A stretch of 51,256 bases of DNA from Nitrospirota bacterium (GTDB taxonomy: Bacteria; Nitrospirota; Thermodesulfovibrionia; Thermodesulfovibrionales; Dissulfurispiraceae), in NCBI GenBank assembly GCA_040758355.1, contig JBFLWF010000019.1, positions 1-51,256 on the forward strand, written 5' to 3'. Under the pieces are notes generated by a model that saw only the letters and a list, made by a program, of their open reading frames with translations, did no database searches and was not told the DNA's origin. This document shows, piece by piece, positions 18,572 through 28,339 of the stretch. Numbering within the stretch: position 1 is the first letter of the stretch; the number at the start of each line of letters is the position of its first letter. Both the position numbers and the translations under genes were made by a program.

Positions 18572-19900
18572 ATGGCTACAATCAAGTTTATTGTATTCCT
18601 TGAGTTTTATATGTTAATTTATTTGGATATGAAGGGCTTGTTAAAAGACATCCGCATATATTCTGTCATAATCTCTTTTATTTTTTTTACTTCCGGCACA
18701 TCATATGCATTAACCCTCGATGAGGCCGTATCCCTTGCAAAGGAGAATCTTCCTTCATACAAGGCATCTCTTATAAAGGTTAGATCAAGTGAGGCATTGT
18801 ACGATGCATCGCTGGCCCCATATCTGCCGGGCCTTGATGCATCAACATCCCAGAAGCGGATATATACAAGCAAAGAGTTCAGCACAAGAATGTATGACCT
18901 CACATTATCTTATACCCTCTTTGACGGCGGAAAAAGAAGGGCAAACAGAGACATTGCAGGGCTTAACCTAAATATAGACAAAGAAGATGCCAGAAAAAAC
19001 CTTCTGGAGCTGGAATACAATATAAAGGCGGCGTTTTATACTGCCCTTGCCCAAAAGGAAACTGTCGAACAGAGAAAGATACAGCTTCAGGATGCACAGA
19101 AAGACCATGAGGTTGCAGAGGGAAGATATAAATTCGGTGTTGCAAAGCTTTCCGATGTCCTTCAGGCATCTGTTCGGCTCGAGCAGGCACGATATAATCT
19201 GATTCAGGCCGAGGGTGATTTTAAAAAGGCATTATCTGAACTCAATTCCCTGATAGGGAAGTCCCTGGACAGCCAGTATGACATTGCCGGCTCTCTGGAC
19301 ATTGCTATCAAGCTGCCGGATAGAAACAAATTATCAGATATTGCACTCCAGAGGCCAGAAGTCAAACAGGCGGAAAACTCCCTGGAGATATCCAGAAGCA
19401 ATAAGTCCCTTGCAAACAGCGCCTTTTATCCGTCCTTGCAGCTCAGCACATCCTATTCAAAAACAGAGGGAGGCGCATTCAGGACATCATTCCCGGAGGA
19501 AAAGACAGCCGGCATTACAGCCACATGGAATATATTCGAACTTGGCAAATTCTTCAAACAGAAGTCATCCGAGCTTGAAAAGGGGGTATCTCTTGAAAAA
19601 CTGAATGACCTGAAGAGGATTGTATTGCTCGATGTGCATAAGACCTATGAAGACTTCATAACTGCCTCCAACAAACTGAAGGTCGCACAGCAGCAGTTGA
19701 AACAGGCTGAGCACAACTATTCACAGGCATTCGGAGAGTACAAGGTAGGAAAGGCGGATATACTTTCCCTTGTTCAGGCTGAGAGCCTTCTGTCAAGTGC
19801 AAGAGAGCAATTGATCAGCTCAAAATTAAATCTGATTCTATCAAAGGCGCTGCTCGAAAAGATTACGGGAGTGGAAAAACTTGAGTCATTAAGTCATTGA
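18572..19900 (+). CDS. TolC-family outer membrane efflux protein (true start probably downstream, MKGLL)
   Basis: LTLDEAVSLA, LFDGG, RPEV, FYPSL; two OEP repeats. Confidence 0.88.
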   Translation: MATIKFIVFLEFYMLIYLDMKGLLKDIRIYSVIISFIFFTSGTSYALTLDEAVSLAKENLPSYKASLIKVRSSEALYDASLAPYLPGLDASTSQKRIYTSKEFSTRMYDLTLSYTLFDGGKRRANRDIAGLNLNIDKEDARKNLLELEYNIKAAFYTALAQKETVEQRKIQLQDAQKDHEVAEGRYKFGVAKLSDVLQASVRLEQARYNLIQAEGDFKKALSELNSLIGKSLDSQYDIAGSLDIAIKLPDRNKLSDIALQRPEVKQAENSLEISRSNKSLANSAFYPSLQLSTSYSKTEGGAFRTSFPEEKTAGITATWNIFELGKFFKQKSSELEKGVSLEKLNDLKRIVLLDVHKTYEDFITASNKLKVAQQQLKQAEHNYSQAFGEYKVGKADILSLVQAESLLSSAREQLISSKLNLILSKALLEKITGVEKLESLSH

Positions 19901-19980
19901 GTTATTCAGTAATTAAAAAACTTATAATAAATTGACCAATAACTCAATAACTCAATTACTTAATTACTTAATTACTTAAT
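19883..19980. repeat. Inverted octamer arrays (AGTCATTA/AGTTATTC versus AATAACTC/AATTACTT)
   Basis: Tandem 8-mers in opposite orientations either side of a spacer. Confidence 0.6.
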
Positions 19981-19993
19981 TCACGGAGGATTT

Positions 19994-21073
19994 GTGAAAA
20001 AAGTTTTATTTATTATTATCATCGCTGCGATATTCCTTACAGGCGGTTTTTTCCTGTACAAGAAGTTCTTTGTCAAGCCGTCAATAAAGGTCTTAGAAAC
20101 GGCAAAGGTTGAAAAGGACAGCATAAGGGGGGTGCTTGTAGAGACAGGGATTATAAAGCCCCAGGTCGGTGCGGTGGTTAAGATAGGCGCGAGGGCAACC
20201 GGCTCAATATTCAGGATGAATGTGAAGATCGGGGACAGGGTGAAGAAGGGGCAGGTTATAGCCCTTATAGACGATAGGGAAATTGTACAGGCCATCGAGC
20301 AGCAGAGGGCTGTCCTGAACGAGGCAAAGGCAAATTATGACTATGCCAGAGTAAACTATGAGAGGGAAAAGGAACTCGTCAAGCATGAATATACCACAAA
20401 GGATGCTGTTGACAAGGCAAAGAGCCAGTTTGAAGCGGCAAAGGCAAAGATAGACGACATCACAGCACAGTTAAAACAGCAGGAGACGAAGCTCACATAC
20501 ACAAGGATTTATGCGCCCATAGACGGCATTGTGTCAGATGTTACTGCACAGGAAGGCGAGACCATCGTTGCAGGACTCCAGGTTGCAAATCTCGTTACCG
20601 TCCTCGATCCAACACGCCTTGAGATGTGGATATATGTTGATGAGACAGATATAGGAAGGGTCAGGCCGGGACAGAAGGTTGAATACTATGTAGATACTTA
20701 TCCCAATAAGCTCTTCTACGGGACAATAGAAAAGATATACCCGCAGCCTGTTGTGAAAGACAATATCGTTTATTATCTCACCATCGTAAGGGTAACTAAA
20801 GAAGACGCCTTATTGTTGAAACCGGAGATGACCACCCATGTAAAGATAATCTTCGATGAAAAGCAGGATATACTCACGGTTCCAAATGCAGCCATAAAAT
20901 TCGAAAAAGGAAAACAGATTGCATATAAAGTACTGGGGCCGGATAAGGTTCAAAGGTTAGAACTGAAAATCGGCATCAGAGGCGAAGAAAAAACAGAGAT
21001 AATATCAGGGGTTAAAGAAGGAGAAGAACTCGCCACAAAGTTAATATTGCCTGTGACTGCAAAAGGAAAATAG
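19994..21073 (+). CDS. MacA-like efflux periplasmic adaptor (MFP)
   Basis: VKIGD.VKKGQ, IYAPIDGIV, VDETDIG.V..GQ, LKPEMT. Confidence 0.9.
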   Translation: MKKVLFIIIIAAIFLTGGFFLYKKFFVKPSIKVLETAKVEKDSIRGVLVETGIIKPQVGAVVKIGARATGSIFRMNVKIGDRVKKGQVIALIDDREIVQAIEQQRAVLNEAKANYDYARVNYEREKELVKHEYTTKDAVDKAKSQFEAAKAKIDDITAQLKQQETKLTYTRIYAPIDGIVSDVTAQEGETIVAGLQVANLVTVLDPTRLEMWIYVDETDIGRVRPGQKVEYYVDTYPNKLFYGTIEKIYPQPVVKDNIVYYLTIVRVTKEDALLLKPEMTTHVKIIFDEKQDILTVPNAAIKFEKGKQIAYKVLGPDKVQRLELKIGIRGEEKTEIISGVKEGEELATKLILPVTAKGK

Positions 21074-21099
21074 TTATTTGTTAACTAATAACTATCGAT

Positions 21100-21269
21100 T
21101 TTGTAAGGCAGGCACTGCTCAAAGACTTTAAAAAGTGTTGGTTCAAGTGTATATGAGAGATAATAAATGCATCACCAAGCAAGTATCCAATGTCGTAGAT
21201 GACGGATACAAGATAGATGTTTTTACAAGTGCGGAGTTTAAAGTCTTTCCGCAGCACCTGCCTTACAAA
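21100..21269. mobile_element. MITE-like element of about 170 bp with 33-bp imperfect terminal inverted repeats
   Basis: Left TTTGTAAGGCAGGCACTGCTCAAAGACTTTAAA versus reverse complement of right TTTGTAAGGCAGGTGCTGCGGAAAGACTTTAAA (4 mismatches); no ORF. Confidence 0.6.
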
Positions 21270-21308
21270 TCTGAATTACAGAATCGCTTAACTTAGGAAC
21301 TTATAACT

Positions 21309-21980
21309 ATGAGCATTTTATGCCTTATGGAAAATATAACAAAGACTTACAAGATAGGCGAAGAGCATGTAGAGGTTTTGACCGGTATAAATCTTCGTAT
21401 AGACCGAGGAGAGTTTGTGGCCATCATGGGCACATCGGGCTCCGGCAAGACAACCCTCATGAACCTCATCGGATGTCTTGATGTACCAACATCCGGGCGT
21501 TATGTACTTGCAGACAGTGAGGTCTCGAACCTAACAGACGATGAACTCTCGGTAATAAGAAATGAACACATAGGTTTTGTATTCCAGAATTTTTATCTGC
21601 TGCCATATGCCACGGTGTTCGAAAATGTTCTGCTTCCAACCCTTTACGTGGAAAAACATAAAGACGATGCAGAGAAGCATGCGATGGAGCTTTTAAGGCT
21701 TGTTGGACTGCAAGAAAGGGCGAAATTCAGGCCGAATCAGCTCTCAGGCGGACAGCAGCAGCGCGTTGCCATCGCAAGGGCATTGGTGAATGACCCCGAT
21801 CTCCTTTTATGCGACGAGCCTACAGGACAGCTTGACAGCAAAACCGCTGCAGAAATAATGAACCTGCTAACGGAAATGAATAAGCTCGGGAAGACAGTAA
21901 TAATAGTAACCCATGACCAGAACATAGCCGCCTATACGAAAAGGACCATACTGATAAAAGACGGGGCAATCGTTTCGTAA
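21309..21980 (+). CDS. MacB/LolD-type ABC transporter ATP-binding protein
   Basis: [27 protein letters not shown]. Confidence 0.93.
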   Translation: MSILCLMENITKTYKIGEEHVEVLTGINLRIDRGEFVAIMGTSGSGKTTLMNLIGCLDVPTSGRYVLADSEVSNLTDDELSVIRNEHIGFVFQNFYLLPYATVFENVLLPTLYVEKHKDDAEKHAMELLRLVGLQERAKFRPNQLSGGQQQRVAIARALVNDPDLLLCDEPTGQLDSKTAAEIMNLLTEMNKLGKTVIIVTHDQNIAAYTKRTILIKDGAIVS

Positions 21981-21994
21981 GAATATCAGGATTA

Positions 21995-22375
21995 TCAAGC
22001 CTTAAGCGCTGGTGTTATATGCTCCACATCGTTGAGGATATCCTCTATCTGGAACGGCTTGTTTATGCACCTCACAACGCCCTGCTGCATCACATCGTTT
22101 AAAATATCCTCGGAGAGATAAGAAGAAATGACAATCACAGGGGTATCTATGCCCAGTTCCTTGATCTTTCTCACAAGCTCGTGTCCGTTTACATCAGGGA
22201 GCTTGAGATCCGTAATTACAACATCATACTGGTTTTCCATCATCTTTTGAATGGCTTCGTTTCCTGTATAGACACAGCAAACCGAATGGCCTGCATGCTT
22301 CTCGAAGGTCCTTTTCAGCGACCAGCATATGAGCTCTTCATCGTCTACAACCAATATTTTCATATCCTTCCTCAT
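21995..22375 (-). CDS. Single-domain response regulator (receiver)
   Basis: ILVVDDE, ITDLKLP, VISS, KPF; the start overlaps the upstream cytochrome stop. Confidence 0.88.
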   Translation of the reverse strand: MRKDMKILVVDDEELICWSLKRTFEKHAGHSVCCVYTGNEAIQKMMENQYDVVITDLKLPDVNGHELVRKIKELGIDTPVIVISSYLSEDILNDVMQQGVVRCINKPFQIEDILNDVEHITPALKA

Positions 22376-23061
22376 TTTATGTGGCATGTGAAACATAATG
22401 AGCTTCCTGAATTGGATTTCCTGAGAAAAGCCCCCCTCGTATTATCGTGAGGATCGTGGCAGGATGCGCATTCCACCTTACCGCTGAATAACTTAACATC
22501 GCTCCAACCATTCTGCAGGTCGGGCGGTATATTAAAGGCCGGATCCTGTGCTGCAGTGGGGTATGTCATGGAAATTGGGTGGTCATCCCCTAAGTTTGGC
22601 CCTATGCGAATATATGAATTATCCGGATACCCGTACATAGTTGGATGACACCTGGCACAGTTGGGATTGGATGTAGTATCAGGAACCGATCCCGATCCCG
22701 GGCCATTTCTGAGATCATGCGTATCCGTGCTGTTCACCGCACTCGATGCACCTGCATCGTCATGACAGGTTAAACACGATATGGAAATTGGGCTCGGGTG
22801 CGAAGGGACAGAGGTATTCATCGTTGGACTTGTGTACATTGTAAAGGCATTTATGTTCGTAATATTCCTGTTCCATAGCGGAGCAGCAGTACCGGCAGCG
22901 TTTGCAAAATGAGGTGTATGGCAGTATATGCATACCTGCTCACCGGCGGTGCTGATGTCGTGTTTAGAGCCTACTACAGTTGCGCCGTATGCAACCACCG
23001 CTATTGTGAGCAACAGTAAGAGTATTAAGACCAAGGCTATCATTTTTCCTTTAACCGCCAT
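22372..23061 (-). CDS. OmcE-like pentaheme c-type cytochrome
   Basis: Signal peptide, SKHD, CIYCHTPH, PLWNR, CLTCH, extra CARCH, DDHP, CASCHDPH, FLR.SN.GS.LCFTCH. Confidence 0.85.
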   Translation of the reverse strand: MAVKGKMIALVLILLLLLTIAVVAYGATVVGSKHDISTAGEQVCIYCHTPHFANAAGTAAPLWNRNITNINAFTMYTSPTMNTSVPSHPSPISISCLTCHDDAGASSAVNSTDTHDLRNGPGSGSVPDTTSNPNCARCHPTMYGYPDNSYIRIGPNLGDDHPISMTYPTAAQDPAFNIPPDLQNGWSDVKLFSGKVECASCHDPHDNTRGAFLRKSNSGSSLCFTCHIK

Positions 23062-23099
23062 CCATCTCTCCTCCGCATAAAATCCTGATTATTAAAATT

Positions 23100-23115
23100 A
23101 GCAAAAATCATTCCC
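23100..23115 (-). promoter_or_regulatory. sigma54 -24/-12 promoter
   Basis: GGGAATGATTTTTGCT (GG-N10-GC); near-identical to the site at 23988. Confidence 0.6.
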
Positions 23116-23122
23116 ATTAACT

Positions 23123-23215
23123 ACAGGTGAAGGAAAAGGTAGAGGTAAAGTAAAAACAAGCAAAATTAGGCAAAAATATTACTTTTCTTTACCTTTGCCT
23201 CTACCTTTACCTGTC
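23123..23215. repeat. ACAGG-(TAAAGG)n ... (CCTTTA)n-CCTGT inverted hexamer element, intergenic copy
   Basis: ACAGGTGAAGGAAAAGGTAGAGGTAAAG pairs with CTTTACCTTTGCCTCTACCTTTACCTGT. Confidence 0.75.
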
Positions 23216-23261
23216 TTTACTGCGGGATTTCACTCACACGGTGGGGGAAATTTAGCAGAAA

Positions 23262-23936
23262 TTATTTTCTATGGCAGGTTGTGCACAACGCACTTCCTGT
23301 ATTTGATTTTCTCAGGAACATTCCCCTTGTTGCGTCATGCGGATCATGGCATGAGCCGCATTCGACCTTGCCGCTATACAGTTTCACATCTGTCCATCCG
23401 GCAGAAAAGTCCGGAGGGAGATTAAAGAACTCAGGCAGGCTGGTGGGATACGGCATGGAGATCGGGTGATCATCCCTTAAATCAGGTCCGATTGTAAAAT
23501 GGGGGTTGAGACCAGATGGCCCGCTTCCTCCTGCATGACATTTACTGCAATTAGGGGAAGAAGGCGTGCTCGAATTGGCATCTGATCTCAATTTATGGGT
23601 ATCCGTGTAATTAACAGCGCTCGATGCGCCTGCATCATCATGGCAGGTCAGGCACGCAAGGGAATATGAACCGGGCTGTATACCTGTAGAGGTTTTCATT
23701 GTCGGACTTGAGTACATTACAAAGGCACCGAGGTTTGAGATATTCCTGTTCCATGCCGGACTAATGCCTGGAGCCGGGTTGCGCCATGTATGGCAGAATA
23801 TACATGGGTCTGTTGTCGTTGGTGTGGTAAGGTCGTGCTTTGTGCCGGAAACGCCTGCGGCATAAGCCACTACATAGGATAGAAACAGGCTTGCCACAAA
23901 AAATAACAAAATAAATGTCTTAGAATTACAGTTCAT
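23262..23936 (-). CDS. OmcE-like pentaheme c-type cytochrome (paralog of 22372..23061)
   Basis: TKHD, CIFCH, CLTCH, CSKCH, DDHP, CGSCHDPH, CTTCH. Confidence 0.85.
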   Translation of the reverse strand: MNCNSKTFILLFFVASLFLSYVVAYAAGVSGTKHDLTTPTTTDPCIFCHTWRNPAPGISPAWNRNISNLGAFVMYSSPTMKTSTGIQPGSYSLACLTCHDDAGASSAVNYTDTHKLRSDANSSTPSSPNCSKCHAGGSGPSGLNPHFTIGPDLRDDHPISMPYPTSLPEFFNLPPDFSAGWTDVKLYSGKVECGSCHDPHDATRGMFLRKSNTGSALCTTCHRK

Positions 23937-23987
23937 GGATATATATATAAATAAAAAAGAATTTTATACAGAAAGCTGCTTTATCTT

Positions 23988-24003
23988 AGCAAAAGTCATT
24001 CCA
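23988..24003 (-). promoter_or_regulatory. sigma54 -24/-12 promoter
   Basis: TGGAATGACTTTTGCT. Confidence 0.7.
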
Positions 24004-24045
24004 ACCTTTGCCTGTCCTTTATTGAGGGATTTTACGCAAAATTGG

Positions 24046-25515
24046 TTAAGGAATGGGCGAAAAATGCTCTGCAAAGTCCCTGATAAACCTTTTCATCTCC
24101 TCAGGCATGGAGTCATGTATGGATTTGATCTGCGAGCCGATATACGAATGCTCCATAAGGAGCTTCATGACAGCAATCATGTAGTCCCTTTTAAAAGAGG
24201 TCATACTCTTCAGCCTTGAAAACTTATCCATGTAAAATAGTCTCGTAGCCCTGTTAAGCTCATTTCTTAACTCATCGATTGTCATATTTGCAGGTTTTAC
24301 AACAGGCTCTATGAGGTTATATTTGCTGTAATCCTTCGTAGCCACATAAGGTTCGAGTTCTTTATATATATTCGCATACGGCCACGGTGCTATGGCAAGA
24401 AAAAAGGCCATATCGGGATTATAGTGTTTTGCAAGATCGAGGGTCGTACTAATAGATTCTCTTGTCTCATCAGGCATTCCAAGAACAAAGGATGTCTCTG
24501 ATATTATATTGTGTTCGTTTATCAGTTCGATTGCGAGTTTCGATTCTTCAATACTCACATCCTTTTCGAACTTCTTGAGGGTATCCTGACTCGTTGACTC
24601 AACGCCCACATAGATATGGACTATCCCCGCCTCCCTGTATCTCCACAGTATATCTCCGTCCCTGACGATGTCCTTCACCCTCGTTTCCATGAAGAGTTCT
24701 ATGTCCATAGACCTTTCGATGAGTAAATCCAGTATCCTTTCCCATCTCTGCCTGTCATAAGTTGGTGTCTCATCCGCAATCATTGCTGCGTTGACACCGT
24801 ATTTCGTATGGATATGCTCAAGTTCGGATACGAATTTCTCAGGTGATTTTGCCCTCCATTTGCGGCTCCAGAAAAGCTGCTGCGAACAGAAACTGCAATA
24901 CTGATTGCATCCCCTCGAGGAGTTCACAATAGCGAGCACAGAATCAGGCGTGGGACGATATGTGTAGATACCCCAGTCAACAAGGTCCCATGCGCCTTCT
25001 ATGGAATCGAGGTCTGTGATGTATTCCCTTGCAGGTGTGGCAATTGCCCTGCCATCGGACCAAAATACAATACCCTTTACCTTTGATAAATCACCTTTTG
25101 AGAAATGGCAGTCAAGAAGTTCAGGGAGTGTAAGCTCACCCTCGCCTCTTACAATGTAATCAACATAATGATGATGCTCCTTCAGTATCTCCTCCCACAT
25201 GAATGTTGGATGGACATTTCCAAACACAGTGATAACTTCGGGATTAATCTGCTTTGACAGCCTGCATATCTCAAGACAGTCGTTTATAGATGCTGTTATT
25301 GCCGTTGTTGCAACCACATCGGGCTTGGATGCCTCTATCCTCTTTGTAATCTCCGCATAATCATGGAAATAGGACATTGCATCGTATATTTCGACATCAT
25401 AGCCAGCTTTTCTCAGGCTTCCTGCAATATAAACAAAGCCGAGGTTGAGCCATGTGCCTGCCGACTCGACCACACCGGAGTGGTAGGGAGGTGTTATGAG
25501 CATTACCTTTTTCAT
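24046..25515 (-). CDS. Cobalamin-binding radical SAM enzyme (class B methyltransferase / BchE-like)
   Basis: N-terminal B12-binding domain (GNVHPT, RGEGE), SRGCNQYCSFC, GVES. Confidence 0.9.
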   Translation of the reverse strand: MKKVMLITPPYHSGVVESAGTWLNLGFVYIAGSLRKAGYDVEIYDAMSYFHDYAEITKRIEASKPDVVATTAITASINDCLEICRLSKQINPEVITVFGNVHPTFMWEEILKEHHHYVDYIVRGEGELTLPELLDCHFSKGDLSKVKGIVFWSDGRAIATPAREYITDLDSIEGAWDLVDWGIYTYRPTPDSVLAIVNSSRGCNQYCSFCSQQLFWSRKWRAKSPEKFVSELEHIHTKYGVNAAMIADETPTYDRQRWERILDLLIERSMDIELFMETRVKDIVRDGDILWRYREAGIVHIYVGVESTSQDTLKKFEKDVSIEESKLAIELINEHNIISETSFVLGMPDETRESISTTLDLAKHYNPDMAFFLAIAPWPYANIYKELEPYVATKDYSKYNLIEPVVKPANMTIDELRNELNRATRLFYMDKFSRLKSMTSFKRDYMIAVMKLLMEHSYIGSQIKSIHDSMPEEMKRFIRDFAEHFSPIP

Positions 25516-25517
25516 AA

Positions 25518-25584
25518 GTTCACAGTTGACAGTTCACAGTTCTCGGTCAACTGCTCCTTCACTGTGAACAGTGAACCGTGAACT
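25518..25584. repeat. Inverted heptamer arrays (GTTCACA)n / (GTGAACA/C)n
   Basis: GTTCACAGTTGACAGTTCACAG ... CTGTGAACAGTGAACCGTGAAC; related copies at 31634..31778. Confidence 0.7.
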
Positions 25585-26092
25585 ATTTCCTTTCTGCCTT
25601 TATCTTTATCTCTTTTATAACCCACTTTTTATCTTCTTTATTAGCTCTTTGCAAGATGTATTCCATCTCGTAATGAATACTTGAAGCAGGCAATACCGAT
25701 TGTCTGGTTTCAAGGTTCCTGTACTCATATACCCAGTCCTCCGATGTTATAACATTTGCAGCATTTCCGGATATAGTGATATTCTTAAATTTGATATTCT
25801 CAAGCCTGCCGTCCATGTACACATCAGAGTCATGCCACGAGGCTATCCAGTGATTAAGCTTCTCCCTCTCTCTCTGAATTATTATGTCCTTCAATGGCTC
25901 TGTATTGCCGGTCTTTGCAGCCTCGATAAGCAGCTTGTTGTAGCTCATAATCGTATCCTTGACCAGCATCCTGTCCTGCGACTTTTCTATCTGAGCGCAG
26001 GAAAAACAGGTAAAGGTAAAGGCAAAGGTAAAGAAAAACAATAAAATTGCCCTGATAACGACATAATCTTTACCTTTGCTTATTCTTTTCAT
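25583..26092 (-). CDS. Lipoprotein with an NTF2/IMS-like domain (start revised to MKRISK)
   Basis: Lipobox FTCFSC, A.V.TSEDW.YEY, YIL...KWVI. The longer ORF call overlaps ccsA. Confidence 0.7.
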   Translation of the reverse strand: MKRISKGKDYVVIRAILLFFFTFAFTFTCFSCAQIEKSQDRMLVKDTIMSYNKLLIEAAKTGNTEPLKDIIIQREREKLNHWIASWHDSDVYMDGRLENIKFKNITISGNAANVITSEDWVYEYRNLETRQSVLPASSIHYEMEYILQRANKEDKKWVIKEIKIKAERK

Positions 26093-26121
26093 CTTTACCT
26101 TTACCTCTACCTTCACCTGTC

Positions 26122-26946
26122 TTACCTGAAGTACTCCGAGTGCAGCGACTCGACCACAAACGGGATAATGAATATCGTCAATACCGAAAACACAAAGCAC
26201 ACTACCATTAGCCATGCAGCCTTTCTGCCCTGCCATTTCAAAAAGTATCGTGCGTGGAGATATAAGCCGTAAAGAAGCCATGTTATGAGAGACCATGTCT
26301 CTATGGGATCCCATCCCCAGTATCTTCCCCATGCCTCGTTTGCCCATATAGCGCCTGCTGCTATTGTGATGCTCCAGAAGATAAATCCGAAGCCTATGAA
26401 CTTATAACTGTAAGCATCGAGGGCATCGAGGGTTGGAAGCCTTTTATAAAAATCCCTGTCCTGACGCTTCTCTTTAAGCAGATAAAGCACCGATGTCCCG
26501 AGGGCGATAATTATCGCACCTGCTGCGAGCTTGTTAAATGTGACATGGATTATAAGCCATATGCTCCTTAGAGACGGCGGAAGTCTCCTTATCTCAGGGC
26601 TCATAAACAACCCGAAGGCCATCATCAAAAAACTCAGAGGCATTACGATAACGCCTGCAGGTCTGAGTCTCGGTATTTTCCATGCAGCGATGATAAACAA
26701 TAAAACAGTTATCCATGCATTGGACGATAAAACCTCATACTTTGCCATATATGGCCCGTGACCCGTGATTTTCCATCTGATAGCAATAGCGATTGCATGG
26801 GGAACGAGTCCGATCAAAGCCAATAATATTGCTGGCTTCAATGCCTTTTCCTTCTGGAATGATACGCTGTAGGCAAAGAAGACCGTCGAGACAATATAAA
26901 ATCCTATGGCTATCCAGTTGAAGATTATTTGTAGTTCACCATTCAC
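26122..26946 (-). CDS. ccsA: Cytochrome c biogenesis system II heme lyase CcsA/ResC
   Basis: GAIWANEAWGRYWGWDPIETW (WWD domain), conserved His residues, multiple TM helices. Confidence 0.93.
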   Translation of the reverse strand: MNGELQIIFNWIAIGFYIVSTVFFAYSVSFQKEKALKPAILLALIGLVPHAIAIAIRWKITGHGPYMAKYEVLSSNAWITVLLFIIAAWKIPRLRPAGVIVMPLSFLMMAFGLFMSPEIRRLPPSLRSIWLIIHVTFNKLAAGAIIIALGTSVLYLLKEKRQDRDFYKRLPTLDALDAYSYKFIGFGFIFWSITIAAGAIWANEAWGRYWGWDPIETWSLITWLLYGLYLHARYFLKWQGRKAAWLMVVCFVFSVLTIFIIPFVVESLHSEYFR

Positions 26947-28268
26947 TGTTCTTTCAATTCCTCTTTAATCCTTTCGATTTCATATTCAAAAAGCGGTTTG
27001 TATCTGTTAGTCCTTCCATATAATGATAACACAGAGCCTTTATGAGACATAAATATCTCCTTATGCGGCAAGAGGAATATTATCGATGCCCCTATGCAGC
27101 TTATAAAAAAACCGATATATGCAACAGTCATATCAATGCCCTTTACATAAATCAAACCGCTCCATTGCGATATGCCGTGGAATCTCACAAGATTGCCTTC
27201 TATGTTCATCACATTTCCCGGGATAACAAGACCTTCAAAAACCTGATTGCCCATGCCCTTTAGCACCTGCAGATACAAAATCGGTTTCCCAAGATGAAAG
27301 GAATTCATGGATATGTCAGGATAAAATTTCATTCTAAAAATATACGGAGTTTGTGGAAAATCCGTTTTGCTCACAAATGGTTTTGTCCTTCTGTCAGGAC
27401 GGTCAAGGAGGAAATGGGTAACGATCTCGCTTCCATCGGGCCTTTTCAAAACAAATGTAAGGGCATAGCCGTAATCAAAGGACTGGTAAATATTTATGCC
27501 GTTGTACCTGAGAGGACTATTTACATTTATTGTCTTCTCTTGAGTCTTTCCATCTTTATCGATAATATTCACCGAGCTCGAAATATCCTTTATCTGGTCG
27601 GTCTCCCAATATTCATGATTGAACTTATTTAATTGGGTCTTAAAACCAGCATCGAATCTTTGCTGGAAAACACCCAGATCTCTAACAAGAAAATCATCGT
27701 GCATTCCCGAAAACACCTCGCCTTCCATAACCTGAACAAATCCACGCTCCTGGAAGGCAAGACCGATGAGCGCAGCAATAATTATCAGGAACAATCCGGA
27801 GTGGAATATCACGCCTCCCCATCTGTTAATAGAATTCTTTGAGAATACCAGAACGCCGTCGCTCTTGTTTTTCAGGGAATATCTTCGTCTTCTCATAAAT
27901 CTTATAAGGCTTTCCTGTTCGATTACAGTTTTAGTCTCTATAAAATCCCAATCGGCTGCAGCCGGTGGAGCAAAGTCCTTTCTTTTCAGATTTCTCCTGA
28001 CCTGCGAATACAATGAATATCCAAGAGACAGCACGATAATAAACACAAGCGATAAAAACCATGCCGATGTATAAATCCTGTTGAACTGAAAGAAATCTAC
28101 GATATAGAATGTCTTCGGAGACTTGAGCTTCCACTCCTCGAAATAAGAAGGGCTCTTGTCGCCGACCTGAGGAATAAGTACGCCGAGAAGGGCTGCAATA
28201 AAGGTCAGGACAATAAGCGTGATAACGAATTTGGGTTTTGTTATGGTTTTAAAGAAGTTGTTTATCAT
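26943..28268 (-). CDS. resB: Cytochrome c biogenesis protein ResB/CcsB
   Basis: LG.LIPQ, IYTSAWF, G..IFH, VN.PL.Y.G..IYQ; adjacent to ccsA. Confidence 0.88.
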   Translation of the reverse strand: MINNFFKTITKPKFVITLIVLTFIAALLGVLIPQVGDKSPSYFEEWKLKSPKTFYIVDFFQFNRIYTSAWFLSLVFIIVLSLGYSLYSQVRRNLKRKDFAPPAAADWDFIETKTVIEQESLIRFMRRRRYSLKNKSDGVLVFSKNSINRWGGVIFHSGLFLIIIAALIGLAFQERGFVQVMEGEVFSGMHDDFLVRDLGVFQQRFDAGFKTQLNKFNHEYWETDQIKDISSSVNIIDKDGKTQEKTINVNSPLRYNGINIYQSFDYGYALTFVLKRPDGSEIVTHFLLDRPDRRTKPFVSKTDFPQTPYIFRMKFYPDISMNSFHLGKPILYLQVLKGMGNQVFEGLVIPGNVMNIEGNLVRFHGISQWSGLIYVKGIDMTVAYIGFFISCIGASIIFLLPHKEIFMSHKGSVLSLYGRTNRYKPLFEYEIERIKEELKEQ

Positions 28269-28276
28269 GGTTTTTA

Positions 28277-28319
28277 TTATAAATAAGGGCTGGCAAAGCT
28301 TGCCAGCCCTTATTTATAA
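28277..28319 (-). terminator. 20-bp perfect hairpin (terminator or stabiliser) after the tetraheme cytochrome
   Basis: TTATAAATAAGGGCTGGCAA-AGC-TTGCCAGCCCTTATTTATAA. Confidence 0.75.
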
Positions 28320-28339
28320 AGATTATATAAGCTACGCTT

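Noticed and set aside
26093..26347. N-terminal extension of the 254-aa ORF
   Set aside because: It overlaps ccsA in another frame, and the lipoprotein signal begins at 26092.
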